From IMG/VR virus record IMGVR_UViG_3300020044_008864, positions 1 through 60,538 of that record: DNA of 60,538 bases; one strand, written 5' to 3'. This document shows, one piece after another, positions 32,257-41,973 of the stretch (its first letter is position 1; the number at the start of each line of letters is the position of its first letter). Source of the stretch: a virus (taxonomy: Duplodnaviria; Caudoviricetes). The notes under the pieces are model-generated. The model saw only the letters and a program-made list of their open reading frames with translations, did not search any database and was not told the DNA's origin. The translations under genes and the position numbers were made by a program.

Positions 32257-35200
32257 ATGGCAAATCTTACGAGGAACTTTGTAGCGGGCAAGATGAATAA
32301 GACGTTCGATGAGCGTGTTGTTCCTCCCGGAGAATATATTGACGCATTGAACGTGCGCATGGGTTCTACCGAGAACTCTGAGGTGGGTACTCTTGAGAAT
32401 ACCAAGGGAAACTTGGCTCTCACTACATTGATGTATGACGGCGAGGAGTTAAGTGAGGACGCTCGATGCATAGGAGCCTTTCAAGATGGTGCTAATGAAA
32501 CTATCTATTGGTTTGTTCACGATCCTAACTTTTCTTTAGGTGCTACAGGGAAGGTTGATATGATTGTATCTGTCAATGTACTTACCTCAACACTTACGTA
32601 TCACGTCATTAGTATGAACGACGATAGTGATGATAACACTACGTTGAATTTCAATCCGACCTATCTAATCACAGGTGTAGATAAGGTAGATGACTTGTTA
32701 TTCTTTACTGACGACTACAATCCTCCACGTTTTATAAACGTGAATAGATCGTATCCTAATCCTAACGGCTCTTATATAGACTACAATGGAAACCCGTCTT
32801 TATTCGCAGAAGCTTTGCAGGTGATTAAGAAACCACCGACGGCTTCGCCTACTGTAGTTCCATATATCACTCCCGGTCAGGAGGAATTCATGTCAAATAG
32901 ATTTATCAGCTTTGCATATCGCTATCGATATGCTGATAACGAATACTCTGCTACCTCTCAATGGTCTGACATATCATTTTCTCCTGAGCCATTTGACTTT
33001 GATTTTGACACGGGATTAAATGAAGGTATGACTAATGCTTTCAATGCTGCTACTATAACATACAACGCGGGAGGTCCGCTTGTAGTTGGTGTTGATCTTC
33101 TATTTAAAGAAGCTAACAGCAATGTGATTAAGGTAATTGAGAAGTTGAATAAGGCTGAGTTAGCACTTGAAGATTATTACGATTATACATATCAGTTTTC
33201 AAATAGTAAAATCTTTACCATACTTCCTTCATCTGAAATCCTTCGCTTATACGATAACGTACCTCGCTTTGCCAAGGCGCAGACCGTTATGGGTAATCGC
33301 CTTATGTACGGGAACTATGTTGAAGGTTATAACTTAGTTGATAGTAGTGGTAATCCAACAAGGTTTACGTATCAAACTGATTTAATAAGTGAACCAATAG
33401 GAGGTTACTACCCTGCAATAACACTTTCACAAGGATATTATACCTTTAGAGGTATTGGTCAATTTATAAACGATGCGTTTATAAATGTAGATCTTTCAGG
33501 GGCAGATCTTGTTGAGGGAAGTTTCTTTAACATTAACCTTACCATTACTCACGCTACATTTAATGGGGATGCTCCATTTCCTTCTCAGACCACTCAGAAT
33601 TTAGAATTGTCATTTGCCTACTATCTTGATGCAGATTACGATTCTGTATATGATTTAATTACAAGCACATCATTTTTAAACACAGTAGGAACCGCTTCTA
33701 ATATAAAACCTCCTTTTAATGTTTCCGGAGGACCCACAGCTTGCGATGGTAATACATGGACAGATGCGTTCAACTGCTCTATACCAACTAATCTAAATTC
33801 TTTATTTAAATACATAAGTGGTATAGTAGATTGGAATAATGAACCTATTGGTATTCAATGCGACCCCGGAGATACATCTTTTAGAATGTTATTGCCCGCG
33901 ATGCTATTTATAGATGCTTATCCCGGAGCTACAAAAGAAGTAATTGAATATTATAGAATAGTTAATGCTGAAGCTTTTTTTCAAAAACAAGGAAACTCAA
34001 GAAGTCTTCATAGCAACAGAGGTTATGAGGTTGGTATTGTTTATATGGATGAATTTAATAGAGCGACAACAGCTTTAGTGAGTCCTAATAATACCGTAGC
34101 TGTTCCTTGTCAGTATTCTGCAAATAAAAATTCAATACAAGTAACGATACCACCATCACAAATCCCCCCATATTGGGCAACTCGATATAAATTTGTTGTC
34201 AAGGCTGATGAGGAGAACTATGATACTATTTTTTCAAATATATACTTTCAAGATCCTAATACTAACTCAACTTATTTTTTAATTGATGGTGAGAATCCAA
34301 GGAAAGTAAATGCGGGAGATCGTCTTATTGTGAAAGCGGATAGTAATGGACCGAAACAAAATTGTACGTACGTTACCGTTCTTGAGAAAGAAGCTAAGCA
34401 GGCAAACTTTATATCAGGGGTTGGGTTTGTTCCTGCAGGAACTTATTTAAAAATTAACGCTAATAATTTTTCAGCTACAACAGCAGCTCAGAGTAGCATA
34501 ACTTGGGGTAAAATAGAGAGTTGTTATGTAGCTGCATTTAATGTTCCGGGAAATTATCCCAATATAGCGTACCCGATGTTTGACAACCCCGGAGGTGTCA
34601 ATATAAATTACGATGTTCCTGCAGGAACTCGAATAACTATAAGTGTTAAACAGACAAGACAGGGAAGAGGTGATGGAAATGGAAGTAGTTGTGAAAGAAG
34701 AAATTACACTCTTAACAAAGATTATATTGCATCTACCAATTATGAAGATATGTATGCTTGGTGGATTGGAGATAATATAACTTCAACTATTAATAGCGGA
34801 ACACCTGATGTTGGAGGAACCGGGTGTTCTATTACTAATGTTTTCATACCTTGGATTGGAACCGTTAATGTAGATAATGTTCAGACTGATGCGTGTGCTA
34901 ACTATTATCAATTCTTTCAAAGCTCGGGATTATTATATTTAACAATAACGGGAACAATAAGTTGTAATGGAGTGGGAGATGACAGCAAAAGAAGATCTTG
35001 TGTTGAAGCTACTATCACAGTTTTAAAATCTACAAACCTTATTATTTTTGAAACTGAGCCAACAGACACATTGCCTGACGTTTTCTTTGAGAATAACCTA
35101 TCGTTTCCAATTGAAAATGGAAACCACATTGGTAATGTGCAAAATCAAGATATTGGATCGAATATCCCTGCCATTGTAGATACAAGCTTTTTTAACTGCT

Positions 35201-36897
35201 TTACCTTTGGTAATGGTGTTGAGAGTTACAAAATAAGAGACTCAATCGTAGGAAGAACATTCAACTTAGGTGAGCGTGTGACTACTGTTTCCGCTCAAGA
35301 CTACAAGGAGTCTGATCGCTTTGCAGATATCACCTATAGCGGTGTATACAACGATGAGAGTAACGTCAATAAGCTGAACGAGTTCAACCTTGGTCTACTT
35401 AACTTCAAGCCACTTGAAGATTCATTCGGACCTATCCAAGTATTGGACGCGAGACAGACCGATGTGTTGACTCTTCAAGAGGATAAGATATCTTATGTGC
35501 TTGCAGGTAAGAACTTGCTGTCAGACGCGGCAGGTGGTGGTGCTATTGCATCTATCCCTGAGGTGTTGGGAACACAGATAGCACGTACAGAGAAGTATGG
35601 TATCAGCTACAACCCTGAGAGCTATGTTCAGTGGGGTCAAGACCGATTCTTTACCGACGCTAAGCGCGGTGCTGTCATCCAACTAAGAGGTGACGAGTCA
35701 GGTGGGCAGCAATTAAAAGTTGCATCTGAGTCGGGTATGCGTACTTGGTTTAGAGATTTGTTCAATGAGTCTTTCAACACGCAGAAGCTTGGAGGATTTG
35801 ACCCGTACTCAAATGAGTATGTGCTTAGCTCTAACGAACAGGCTATCCCTTCTATTGAAGAGTGCTTAGATTGTGGAATCATCAGAACATTCACAATAGA
35901 AAAAACAAAGGGTGATAAGATAAACTACTGCATTGACTTGGGCTTTGCAGTGGGTGAGGTTGTAATCACTTACAATGTTATTGCTATAGCACCTGAGGGA
36001 GAGTTTTCTATAAAGTATGACTACAACGGAAACATAGGTAACACAGGTTTTATAAACACCTCGGGGAGCATATCTTTTAACAAGGATACGAACGCGTTTA
36101 ACTCTGTGTTAATTGAGGTGTCAGCAAACTCTCAAATTATCTTAGAGGTAATTGTAGCTTGTCCTGCAACAACGCAGTTAACTCTTGTTGAGGTTGTGTT
36201 GACCAATAACTTTGAGGCAGGTCAGACTATACACACAGAGTATAATTATACCAATGCTCCTTACATATCTCCTGTTCAGTCAAACCTTGTGACGTTTGTA
36301 AGCGGTTCATTGAATCCACTTGTATCAAGATATAATGAAGTGACGGGTGCTCAAGGCACAGCAGGTATACCTATCGATGGCAACACAATGACCATCGCTA
36401 CAAATAAGATAGGTACTGATACGTTTAACTTTGACGATACAAGCGATTCGTTTAAGTACTTGCGTACTGATACTTACTTCGAAAACACTCCGGTTGATAT
36501 AGCTACGCTATTGACATTGGCTACAACAGCTACGCCATTGATGGGAGGAGGTACTTACAACTACGCTAACTTTAACGTGGGGTCTGCTGACCAATTCTTA
36601 TATCTCATTTGGGATTTTAGAAATGCAACTCCCGTTGATTTGTGTTTCAGTAATAAAAATGCAGAAGAGGTATGTTGCGACTGCTCAATTTGCGGAGATC
36701 CTTGTTCTACTTGGAAAGTTTACGCAGGAGAAGACTTGACAATTGGATATTATCAATGTGCGGGAAATAATTATATAACAAGTAATATTGCCGCGGGATA
36801 CGAACAAACATTCTGTGCTCGTAGTTGGTTTACACCTACGATAACAGAAGGATCAGGGAGCTTGGAATTACTGTTAGAATGCGGATGCGATCTTTAA
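32257..36897 (+). CDS. tail stabilisation (muzzle) protein, N-terminal part with Cys-rich appended domains
   Basis: FVAGKMNK..GEYIDALN..ENTKGN, LFFTDDYNPPRFINV, GNRLMYGNY, YGISYNPES, FTDAKRGAV, GGFDPYSNEY. Confidence 0.8.
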   Translation: MANLTRNFVAGKMNKTFDERVVPPGEYIDALNVRMGSTENSEVGTLENTKGNLALTTLMYDGEELSEDARCIGAFQDGANETIYWFVHDPNFSLGATGKVDMIVSVNVLTSTLTYHVISMNDDSDDNTTLNFNPTYLITGVDKVDDLLFFTDDYNPPRFINVNRSYPNPNGSYIDYNGNPSLFAEALQVIKKPPTASPTVVPYITPGQEEFMSNRFISFAYRYRYADNEYSATSQWSDISFSPEPFDFDFDTGLNEGMTNAFNAATITYNAGGPLVVGVDLLFKEANSNVIKVIEKLNKAELALEDYYDYTYQFSNSKIFTILPSSEILRLYDNVPRFAKAQTVMGNRLMYGNYVEGYNLVDSSGNPTRFTYQTDLISEPIGGYYPAITLSQGYYTFRGIGQFINDAFINVDLSGADLVEGSFFNINLTITHATFNGDAPFPSQTTQNLELSFAYYLDADYDSVYDLITSTSFLNTVGTASNIKPPFNVSGGPTACDGNTWTDAFNCSIPTNLNSLFKYISGIVDWNNEPIGIQCDPGDTSFRMLLPAMLFIDAYPGATKEVIEYYRIVNAEAFFQKQGNSRSLHSNRGYEVGIVYMDEFNRATTALVSPNNTVAVPCQYSANKNSIQVTIPPSQIPPYWATRYKFVVKADEENYDTIFSNIYFQDPNTNSTYFLIDGENPRKVNAGDRLIVKADSNGPKQNCTYVTVLEKEAKQANFISGVGFVPAGTYLKINANNFSATTAAQSSITWGKIESCYVAAFNVPGNYPNIAYPMFDNPGGVNINYDVPAGTRITISVKQTRQGRGDGNGSSCERRNYTLNKDYIASTNYEDMYAWWIGDNITSTINSGTPDVGGTGCSITNVFIPWIGTVNVDNVQTDACANYYQFFQSSGLLYLTITGTISCNGVGDDSKRRSCVEATITVLKSTNLIIFETEPTDTLPDVFFENNLSFPIENGNHIGNVQNQDIGSNIPAIVDTSFFNCFTFGNGVESYKIRDSIVGRTFNLGERVTTVSAQDYKESDRFADITYSGVYNDESNVNKLNEFNLGLLNFKPLEDSFGPIQVLDARQTDVLTLQEDKISYVLAGKNLLSDAAGGGAIASIPEVLGTQIARTEKYGISYNPESYVQWGQDRFFTDAKRGAVIQLRGDESGGQQLKVASESGMRTWFRDLFNESFNTQKLGGFDPYSNEYVLSSNEQAIPSIEECLDCGIIRTFTIEKTKGDKINYCIDLGFAVGEVVITYNVIAIAPEGEFSIKYDYNGNIGNTGFINTSGSISFNKDTNAFNSVLIEVSANSQIILEVIVACPATTQLTLVEVVLTNNFEAGQTIHTEYNYTNAPYISPVQSNLVTFVSGSLNPLVSRYNEVTGAQGTAGIPIDGNTMTIATNKIGTDTFNFDDTSDSFKYLRTDTYFENTPVDIATLLTLATTATPLMGGGTYNYANFNVGSADQFLYLIWDFRNATPVDLCFSNKNAEEVCCDCSICGDPCSTWKVYAGEDLTIGYYQCAGNNYITSNIAAGYEQTFCARSWFTPTITEGSGSLELLLECGCDL

Positions 36898-36907
36898 TTA
36901 AAAAAAT

Positions 36908-38215
36908 ATGCCATACTATATAAACGCCCCAACACTTAGCTCAGCAACAGCTGTATACGACGACCCTCAATTAACCATCTGTTCAGCAAATGGTTATTAC
37001 GCTGAAGGTCCTGTCGTTCGTCAACAGGTTGGTTGCGTATTACTACCTGAACAACAGTGTCCGTTCTGCGGAGTTGAGTGTGGGTTTACTGTTAGTGGAC
37101 CTGTGAATAAGGGAGTGTATTATTTCAGTGTTGAATTAGGATTTTCTACAGGGCCTATTGAGATTAGATTCGATCCTCAAGATTTCCCTAATGGCATCCA
37201 AGCGGTATACGACAGCACGGTTTACAACACATTAGTATCACCTCTCTTTGGCGTCCTGTCAGCACCTACGTCACTACCCGTATTTGTTGGAGATGAAACT
37301 GAAGACTGCGGTATAGTGGGAACACATACCTTGCAAGAATTTGAGTATATAGGTGCAGATAATTCATTTCACAACTTAGGAACAACTGAAGTCGTGAATG
37401 TCCTTGCTTCTCAATCTCTTCTCACGTGGTCTTCACCCGGAGAGTGTATAATGATTATACCAAAACCAAATGCCACACCTTCTTCTCTTGTAATCAAAGC
37501 TATAAGTCCTTGTGACTTAGACTCATTCTCTATCTCAGTCTCATGTCCCGGTGACGGTGATGTGTTTGAAGTTGACGGTAGTGAAGGAGGGCCTGAAGAG
37601 TTGATATGCGGATATCCTTCAATTGGAATCAGCTATTACTTGATACCTGTCAATGGAGACGGAACGACATTGGGATTATATGATATGCTCTATAATGAGA
37701 TTGATTGTATAACACCACTTGCCGATAACTATTACTTATCAAGCGCTTGCCCTGCTCCTAACGCTTGGTTTAGGGTAGAGAATGGAATCATCACTGAATT
37801 TGGAGAATGCGAAGATACATTTAAATATAATGTTCGAGTATGCGGAAATACCTCTGCTCCTACAATTGTAGTGCTTAGCCCATTCACATTGACCTTAGGC
37901 AACACCGTTTCATTATCAGACCCTATATACGAAGGTTGTAGGTTCGAAGTAATTTCTGTCGCTGCAGTAGAAAGTACTCCTATTGCCTTAGTAGTAGAGG
38001 AGTCTACAGATAGTTGTGAAAACTCTTGTGTATACTATAAGGTTTATAATGAAGATATTAAACCTGCTATTGTTAATTATACAGACTGCGCGAAAGATCC
38101 TCAAACAGTAACAATACCATTCCATGCTTTCGTTTATATTTGTGCTATGGTAGACACTATTACAAGTGCTCAAGAGATAGAAATAGGTTTCGAAGACTGT
38201 CAATGCCCTTCATAA
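36908..38215 (+). CDS. Cys-rich tail appendage protein
   Basis: 435 aa, acidic, many Cys, ends CQCPS. Confidence 0.7.
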   Translation: MPYYINAPTLSSATAVYDDPQLTICSANGYYAEGPVVRQQVGCVLLPEQQCPFCGVECGFTVSGPVNKGVYYFSVELGFSTGPIEIRFDPQDFPNGIQAVYDSTVYNTLVSPLFGVLSAPTSLPVFVGDETEDCGIVGTHTLQEFEYIGADNSFHNLGTTEVVNVLASQSLLTWSSPGECIMIIPKPNATPSSLVIKAISPCDLDSFSISVSCPGDGDVFEVDGSEGGPEELICGYPSIGISYYLIPVNGDGTTLGLYDMLYNEIDCITPLADNYYLSSACPAPNAWFRVENGIITEFGECEDTFKYNVRVCGNTSAPTIVVLSPFTLTLGNTVSLSDPIYEGCRFEVISVAAVESTPIALVVEESTDSCENSCVYYKVYNEDIKPAIVNYTDCAKDPQTVTIPFHAFVYICAMVDTITSAQEIEIGFEDCQCPS

Positions 38216-38216
38216 A

Positions 38217-39017
38217 ATGTCAATATACACACTAACATATAGCGATCAGGTAGAAGGATGGGTGTCCTTCTACTCTTACGAGCCTGATTGGATGATCGGG
38301 ATGAACAACTACTTCTATACCTTTAAAGGAGGTAACTTGTATCGTCACAACGTCAATCCAATTAGAAACCAATTCTATGGGGTTAACTTTCCTTCTACGG
38401 TAAAGTCAGTATTCAACGACGTGCCTCTTGAGAACAAGCTATTCAAGACCATGAACATCGAGGGTGATGACGCGTGGGCGGCCACCATGGTTACTGATAT
38501 TCAAAACTCAGGATTCATTGAATACGATTGGTTCGAGAAGAAGGAGCAGTCTTACTACGCGTTCGTTAGGAACTCAGGAACCACGCCTGCTGATATAAGC
38601 GAGTACGCTCTTCGTTCACTTAATGGTATTGGCAGAAGTATTAATACGATTGGCCCTAATAACGCGTTTGTTATTTATTTCTCCATCAATCCGCTTGTAG
38701 CTATAGGAACTATTGTAAGTGTAGGTGACTACCTATACTTCTCATTACCTCCGTATACATCTCCTGTTCTATGTGGTCAAATCACAGCTATCAATCAGAA
38801 CTATCCACTTGGCATCAATGAGATAGTGGTTGATACAACCATTGCCGGAGGTGGCACACCGCCTATCAACACGCCGTATTTCTTGTTCATAAAAAACACT
38901 GAGGCTGAGTCTCATGGGGTGCTTGGACACTACTGTGTCTTTGAGCTTACCAATGAAAATCAAGACAAGGTAGAACTTTTTGCAGTTGAGACAGAAGTGA
39001 TGAAGAGTTTCCCATAA
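38217..39017 (+). CDS. muzzle C-terminal portion as a separate gene
   Basis: TLTYSDQVEGWVSFYSYEPDW, LYRHN, KLFKTMNIEG, FEKKEQSYY, ELFAV. Confidence 0.7.
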   Translation: MSIYTLTYSDQVEGWVSFYSYEPDWMIGMNNYFYTFKGGNLYRHNVNPIRNQFYGVNFPSTVKSVFNDVPLENKLFKTMNIEGDDAWAATMVTDIQNSGFIEYDWFEKKEQSYYAFVRNSGTTPADISEYALRSLNGIGRSINTIGPNNAFVIYFSINPLVAIGTIVSVGDYLYFSLPPYTSPVLCGQITAINQNYPLGINEIVVDTTIAGGGTPPINTPYFLFIKNTEAESHGVLGHYCVFELTNENQDKVELFAVETEVMKSFP

Positions 39018-39023
39018 TTTTGA

Positions 39024-39031
39024 TATCTTTG
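39024..39031 (+). promoter_or_regulatory. -7 promoter element TATCTTTG
   Basis: TAnnTTTG 5 nt before ATG 39037. Confidence 0.6.
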
Positions 39032-39036
39032 TAGGG

Positions 39037-39444
39037 ATGTTTACTCTACGACCTCTTAACGAATCAGACTACGACAGCATTCTACTTGGATGGTGGGAAG
39101 ATTGGGGATGGGTAGCACCTATGAAGGATATGCTACCGCAAGATGGTATCGGTGGGGTTATTGTATACGACGAAGAAGAGCCTGTATGTGCGGGCTTTTT
39201 GTATATGACAAACTCAAAGATGGCTTGGGTTGAATGGGTGATATCAAATAAGAATTACAGAAAGAAACCACAGAGAAAAGAAGCTATAGTGTATCTCGTT
39301 GAGACGCTTACCAATATCGCAAAGAACAATGGCGCTACGTTCGCTTACACAGTTGTAAAGAACCGATCGTTGTCAGCGATATATGAGCAGCTTGGATACA
39401 TTGATGGTGACAACAATATAAAAGAAATGATTAAATCATTATAA
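39037..39444 (+). CDS. GNAT-fold protein (T7 gp13-like position)
   Basis: LRPLNESDY..PVCAGFLY..YEQLGY; located before ejection proteins. Confidence 0.7.
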   Translation: MFTLRPLNESDYDSILLGWWEDWGWVAPMKDMLPQDGIGGVIVYDEEEPVCAGFLYMTNSKMAWVEWVISNKNYRKKPQRKEAIVYLVETLTNIAKNNGATFAYTVVKNRSLSAIYEQLGYIDGDNNIKEMIKSL

Positions 39445-39446
39445 CT

Positions 39447-40352
39447 ATGCCCGCATTTACTACAGTAGCCGCAGCTGCCGGATTAGCAGCAACAGCAGGA
39501 ACAACATTCATGTCTTTTAAGCAGGCCAACAATCAAAGAGATGCTATGCTTAATGCTCAAGAAAAGGCTGATGCCGCAATGGCTGAAGCTCGTAAGAAAC
39601 TTGACGTTAACTTCTATGAGTCACTATCTATTCCTAAGGAAGCTTACGCTCAGCAGGTGCAGGCTAACTTGGTTGCAGGTGCTCAGGCAATGCAGGCCGG
39701 TGTTGAAGGAGAGGGTCGTGGTGCCGGAGCTATAGCGGGTATGGTACAAGCTCAGCAGAACCAAGCGCAGAATGAGATTAGAGCCAACATGGGGCAAGAC
39801 ATCTACAACCTTCAGGCAGCTACGGCTCAGGAGGATGCTCGCCTTAGAGACATTGGTATTCAACTTGACCTTGGCGAGGTTGAGGGTGCTCAGCTTGCAG
39901 CGGCTAATGCTCAGGAGATGAGTGCTGCTGCAATGCAACAAGGTATGCAGGGAGTGACAAGTCTTGTAGGACAAGCTGCAGAGATGGCTCCGCTATTTGA
40001 GAAGTCAGCATCAACAAGACAGTATAACAAGTTGATAAAAGAAAACGTAGGAGATAAGCCGGGGCAATATAAAACAATACAAGATTTTCAGAACTCTCTT
40101 CCGAATACAAATTCTACTATTGACCTATCAGGTGTTGGAAGTACTACTGATTCTGACTATATGGATAATCAAATCGCTACATTAATGTCTAAGATGCAAG
40201 CTGCAGGTACTCCTATAACAAAAGAAGATGCTGCAAAGCAAATTACAAAACTTATGACAGGAAATCAATTTATGGATTACATGATACAACAAGACAAAGG
40301 TCAGTTGAAAGGATTGAGAAGAGAATTAAATAATGATGTTATTAGCTTCTAA
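39447..40352 (+). CDS. internal virion / ejection protein
   Basis: Ala/Gly hydrophobic N-terminus, A/Q-rich helices. Confidence 0.7.
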   Translation: MPAFTTVAAAAGLAATAGTTFMSFKQANNQRDAMLNAQEKADAAMAEARKKLDVNFYESLSIPKEAYAQQVQANLVAGAQAMQAGVEGEGRGAGAIAGMVQAQQNQAQNEIRANMGQDIYNLQAATAQEDARLRDIGIQLDLGEVEGAQLAAANAQEMSAAAMQQGMQGVTSLVGQAAEMAPLFEKSASTRQYNKLIKENVGDKPGQYKTIQDFQNSLPNTNSTIDLSGVGSTTDSDYMDNQIATLMSKMQAAGTPITKEDAAKQITKLMTGNQFMDYMIQQDKGQLKGLRRELNNDVISF

Positions 40353-40358
40353 TAAGAC

Positions 40359-41957
40359 ATGGCAACATATTACAAATACGCAGAGAGATCCGCAGGTAGC
40401 CAAGTCAATTGGGCCGAGATAGGTAAGAACCTTACCGACACTCTTCAAGAGGAAAATAAGTTACGTGAAGAAAAGAAAGCTGCTATTGACGAGGCGTCAA
40501 GGCAGTATGGTATAACACTTGAGAACTCTCCTCAGGGTGAAAACACTACGTTAAACCAATGGGGATTAAATTTTGGAGGAGATGCCCAAGAGGCTCGTCT
40601 CCTTCAAGACAGATTGCTTAGACAGGGTAAGTTGAGATTAAAGGACTACACTATTATGCGTCAGAACTTAACTGACGGAACTAAGCAGGCGTTTAATCTT
40701 CTTGATGAATATCATGCTGAGTATAAGGAGAAGATGGAAAGATTTAAAGCTACAGATCCTGCTAACGCTTCTCAGCTATTAGAGTCGTGGCTTTTAGAGC
40801 AAGCTGAATCATTTTCTAATTTTAAAAACTCAAAGCTTTATATCAACCCTACAACCTTTGCTGTAAATATAGCTAAGGTAAATAGAAAGGATGGTGTTGA
40901 AGAGATGTCAACCAACCCTAACGACTTTACAACTGTCAGTGAGTTGCGTAATAGAATTAAAGCTCGATACGACAGGTTTGATAGTGATAAGTATCTTGCA
41001 CAGCAAGTTGCTTTATTAGGTACTGAGATACAAGCTGAGTTAAAATCGGGTACATCTACAAAGGTTGGTCAAATAATAACTTTAGAAAGTATTCTTGAAA
41101 GACCCGGTGTTAAAGAAGCGGTATCAGTAATGGTTGAAGCGGGGTTAAATTTACCTACCAATGTTAGCTCAGTACTTACTAACGATCTTGGTAAAGATGA
41201 TAAGGGTAATACTTTTTCATTTACATTTAATAAAGATGAACAAGGTAAGATTACTGCAGACAAAAAGAATCTTATCTATTTAGAAAATATAGATGGTCAG
41301 TTGACACCAAAGTTTACTCCTGAGCAGAAAGAACTTGCGAAAAAATATATGCTTGACAAGTTTAACACAATGCTTACCCGCAAGGAAGATATCGATGTGT
41401 TCACTGAGCCGAGACCTGCTGCTTCGACATCAACATCGTATAAACCCACTGCAGGTCAAAGCGCAGATGCAGGTCTTGGAAACTTAATAGGATATTTATA
41501 TAGTGGAGATGAAGGGCAAGTAAATGCGGCTATCGACGGTTTAAAAAATATGAAAGGAGTTCAAGATATCCAAAGATTTAGAGATCGTGTTGAAGTAAAA
41601 TTTGAAGGAGATAGTCAGTATAGACCAATAAAATTTGGCAGTACTATAGAAGATTTTGTGAGGTCTTTTGGTCTTGCTTTAAACTCTGAGGCTGATCTAA
41701 ACGCAATGGTAGCGGGTGCTTATAACATTGGTAACCCTGTTTTAAATGAAGGGTATGAAACAGGACCTGACTTCATCGGTCAGTTTCCTACGGGCTATGA
41801 TCCTAACAGCATAATCGACCGAACGAAAATGAAGGTATTGACTGATCAGTACGAGCAGAGGAAAAGAGAGTACAATCAAAGAAGAGCGGCACAACAAAAT
41901 AGCGGTGGTCAGCAAGGCGGTGGTCAGCAAGGTGGTGGTACAGGTGAGTTAGATTAA
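40359..41957 (+). CDS. internal virion / ejection protein
   Basis: 532 aa, helical, between ejection genes; GGQQ tail. Confidence 0.7.
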   Translation: MATYYKYAERSAGSQVNWAEIGKNLTDTLQEENKLREEKKAAIDEASRQYGITLENSPQGENTTLNQWGLNFGGDAQEARLLQDRLLRQGKLRLKDYTIMRQNLTDGTKQAFNLLDEYHAEYKEKMERFKATDPANASQLLESWLLEQAESFSNFKNSKLYINPTTFAVNIAKVNRKDGVEEMSTNPNDFTTVSELRNRIKARYDRFDSDKYLAQQVALLGTEIQAELKSGTSTKVGQIITLESILERPGVKEAVSVMVEAGLNLPTNVSSVLTNDLGKDDKGNTFSFTFNKDEQGKITADKKNLIYLENIDGQLTPKFTPEQKELAKKYMLDKFNTMLTRKEDIDVFTEPRPAASTSTSYKPTAGQSADAGLGNLIGYLYSGDEGQVNAAIDGLKNMKGVQDIQRFRDRVEVKFEGDSQYRPIKFGSTIEDFVRSFGLALNSEADLNAMVAGAYNIGNPVLNEGYETGPDFIGQFPTGYDPNSIIDRTKMKVLTDQYEQRKREYNQRRAAQQNSGGQQGGGQQGGGTGELD

Positions 41958-41973
41958 TTATTGAAATAAAGAT

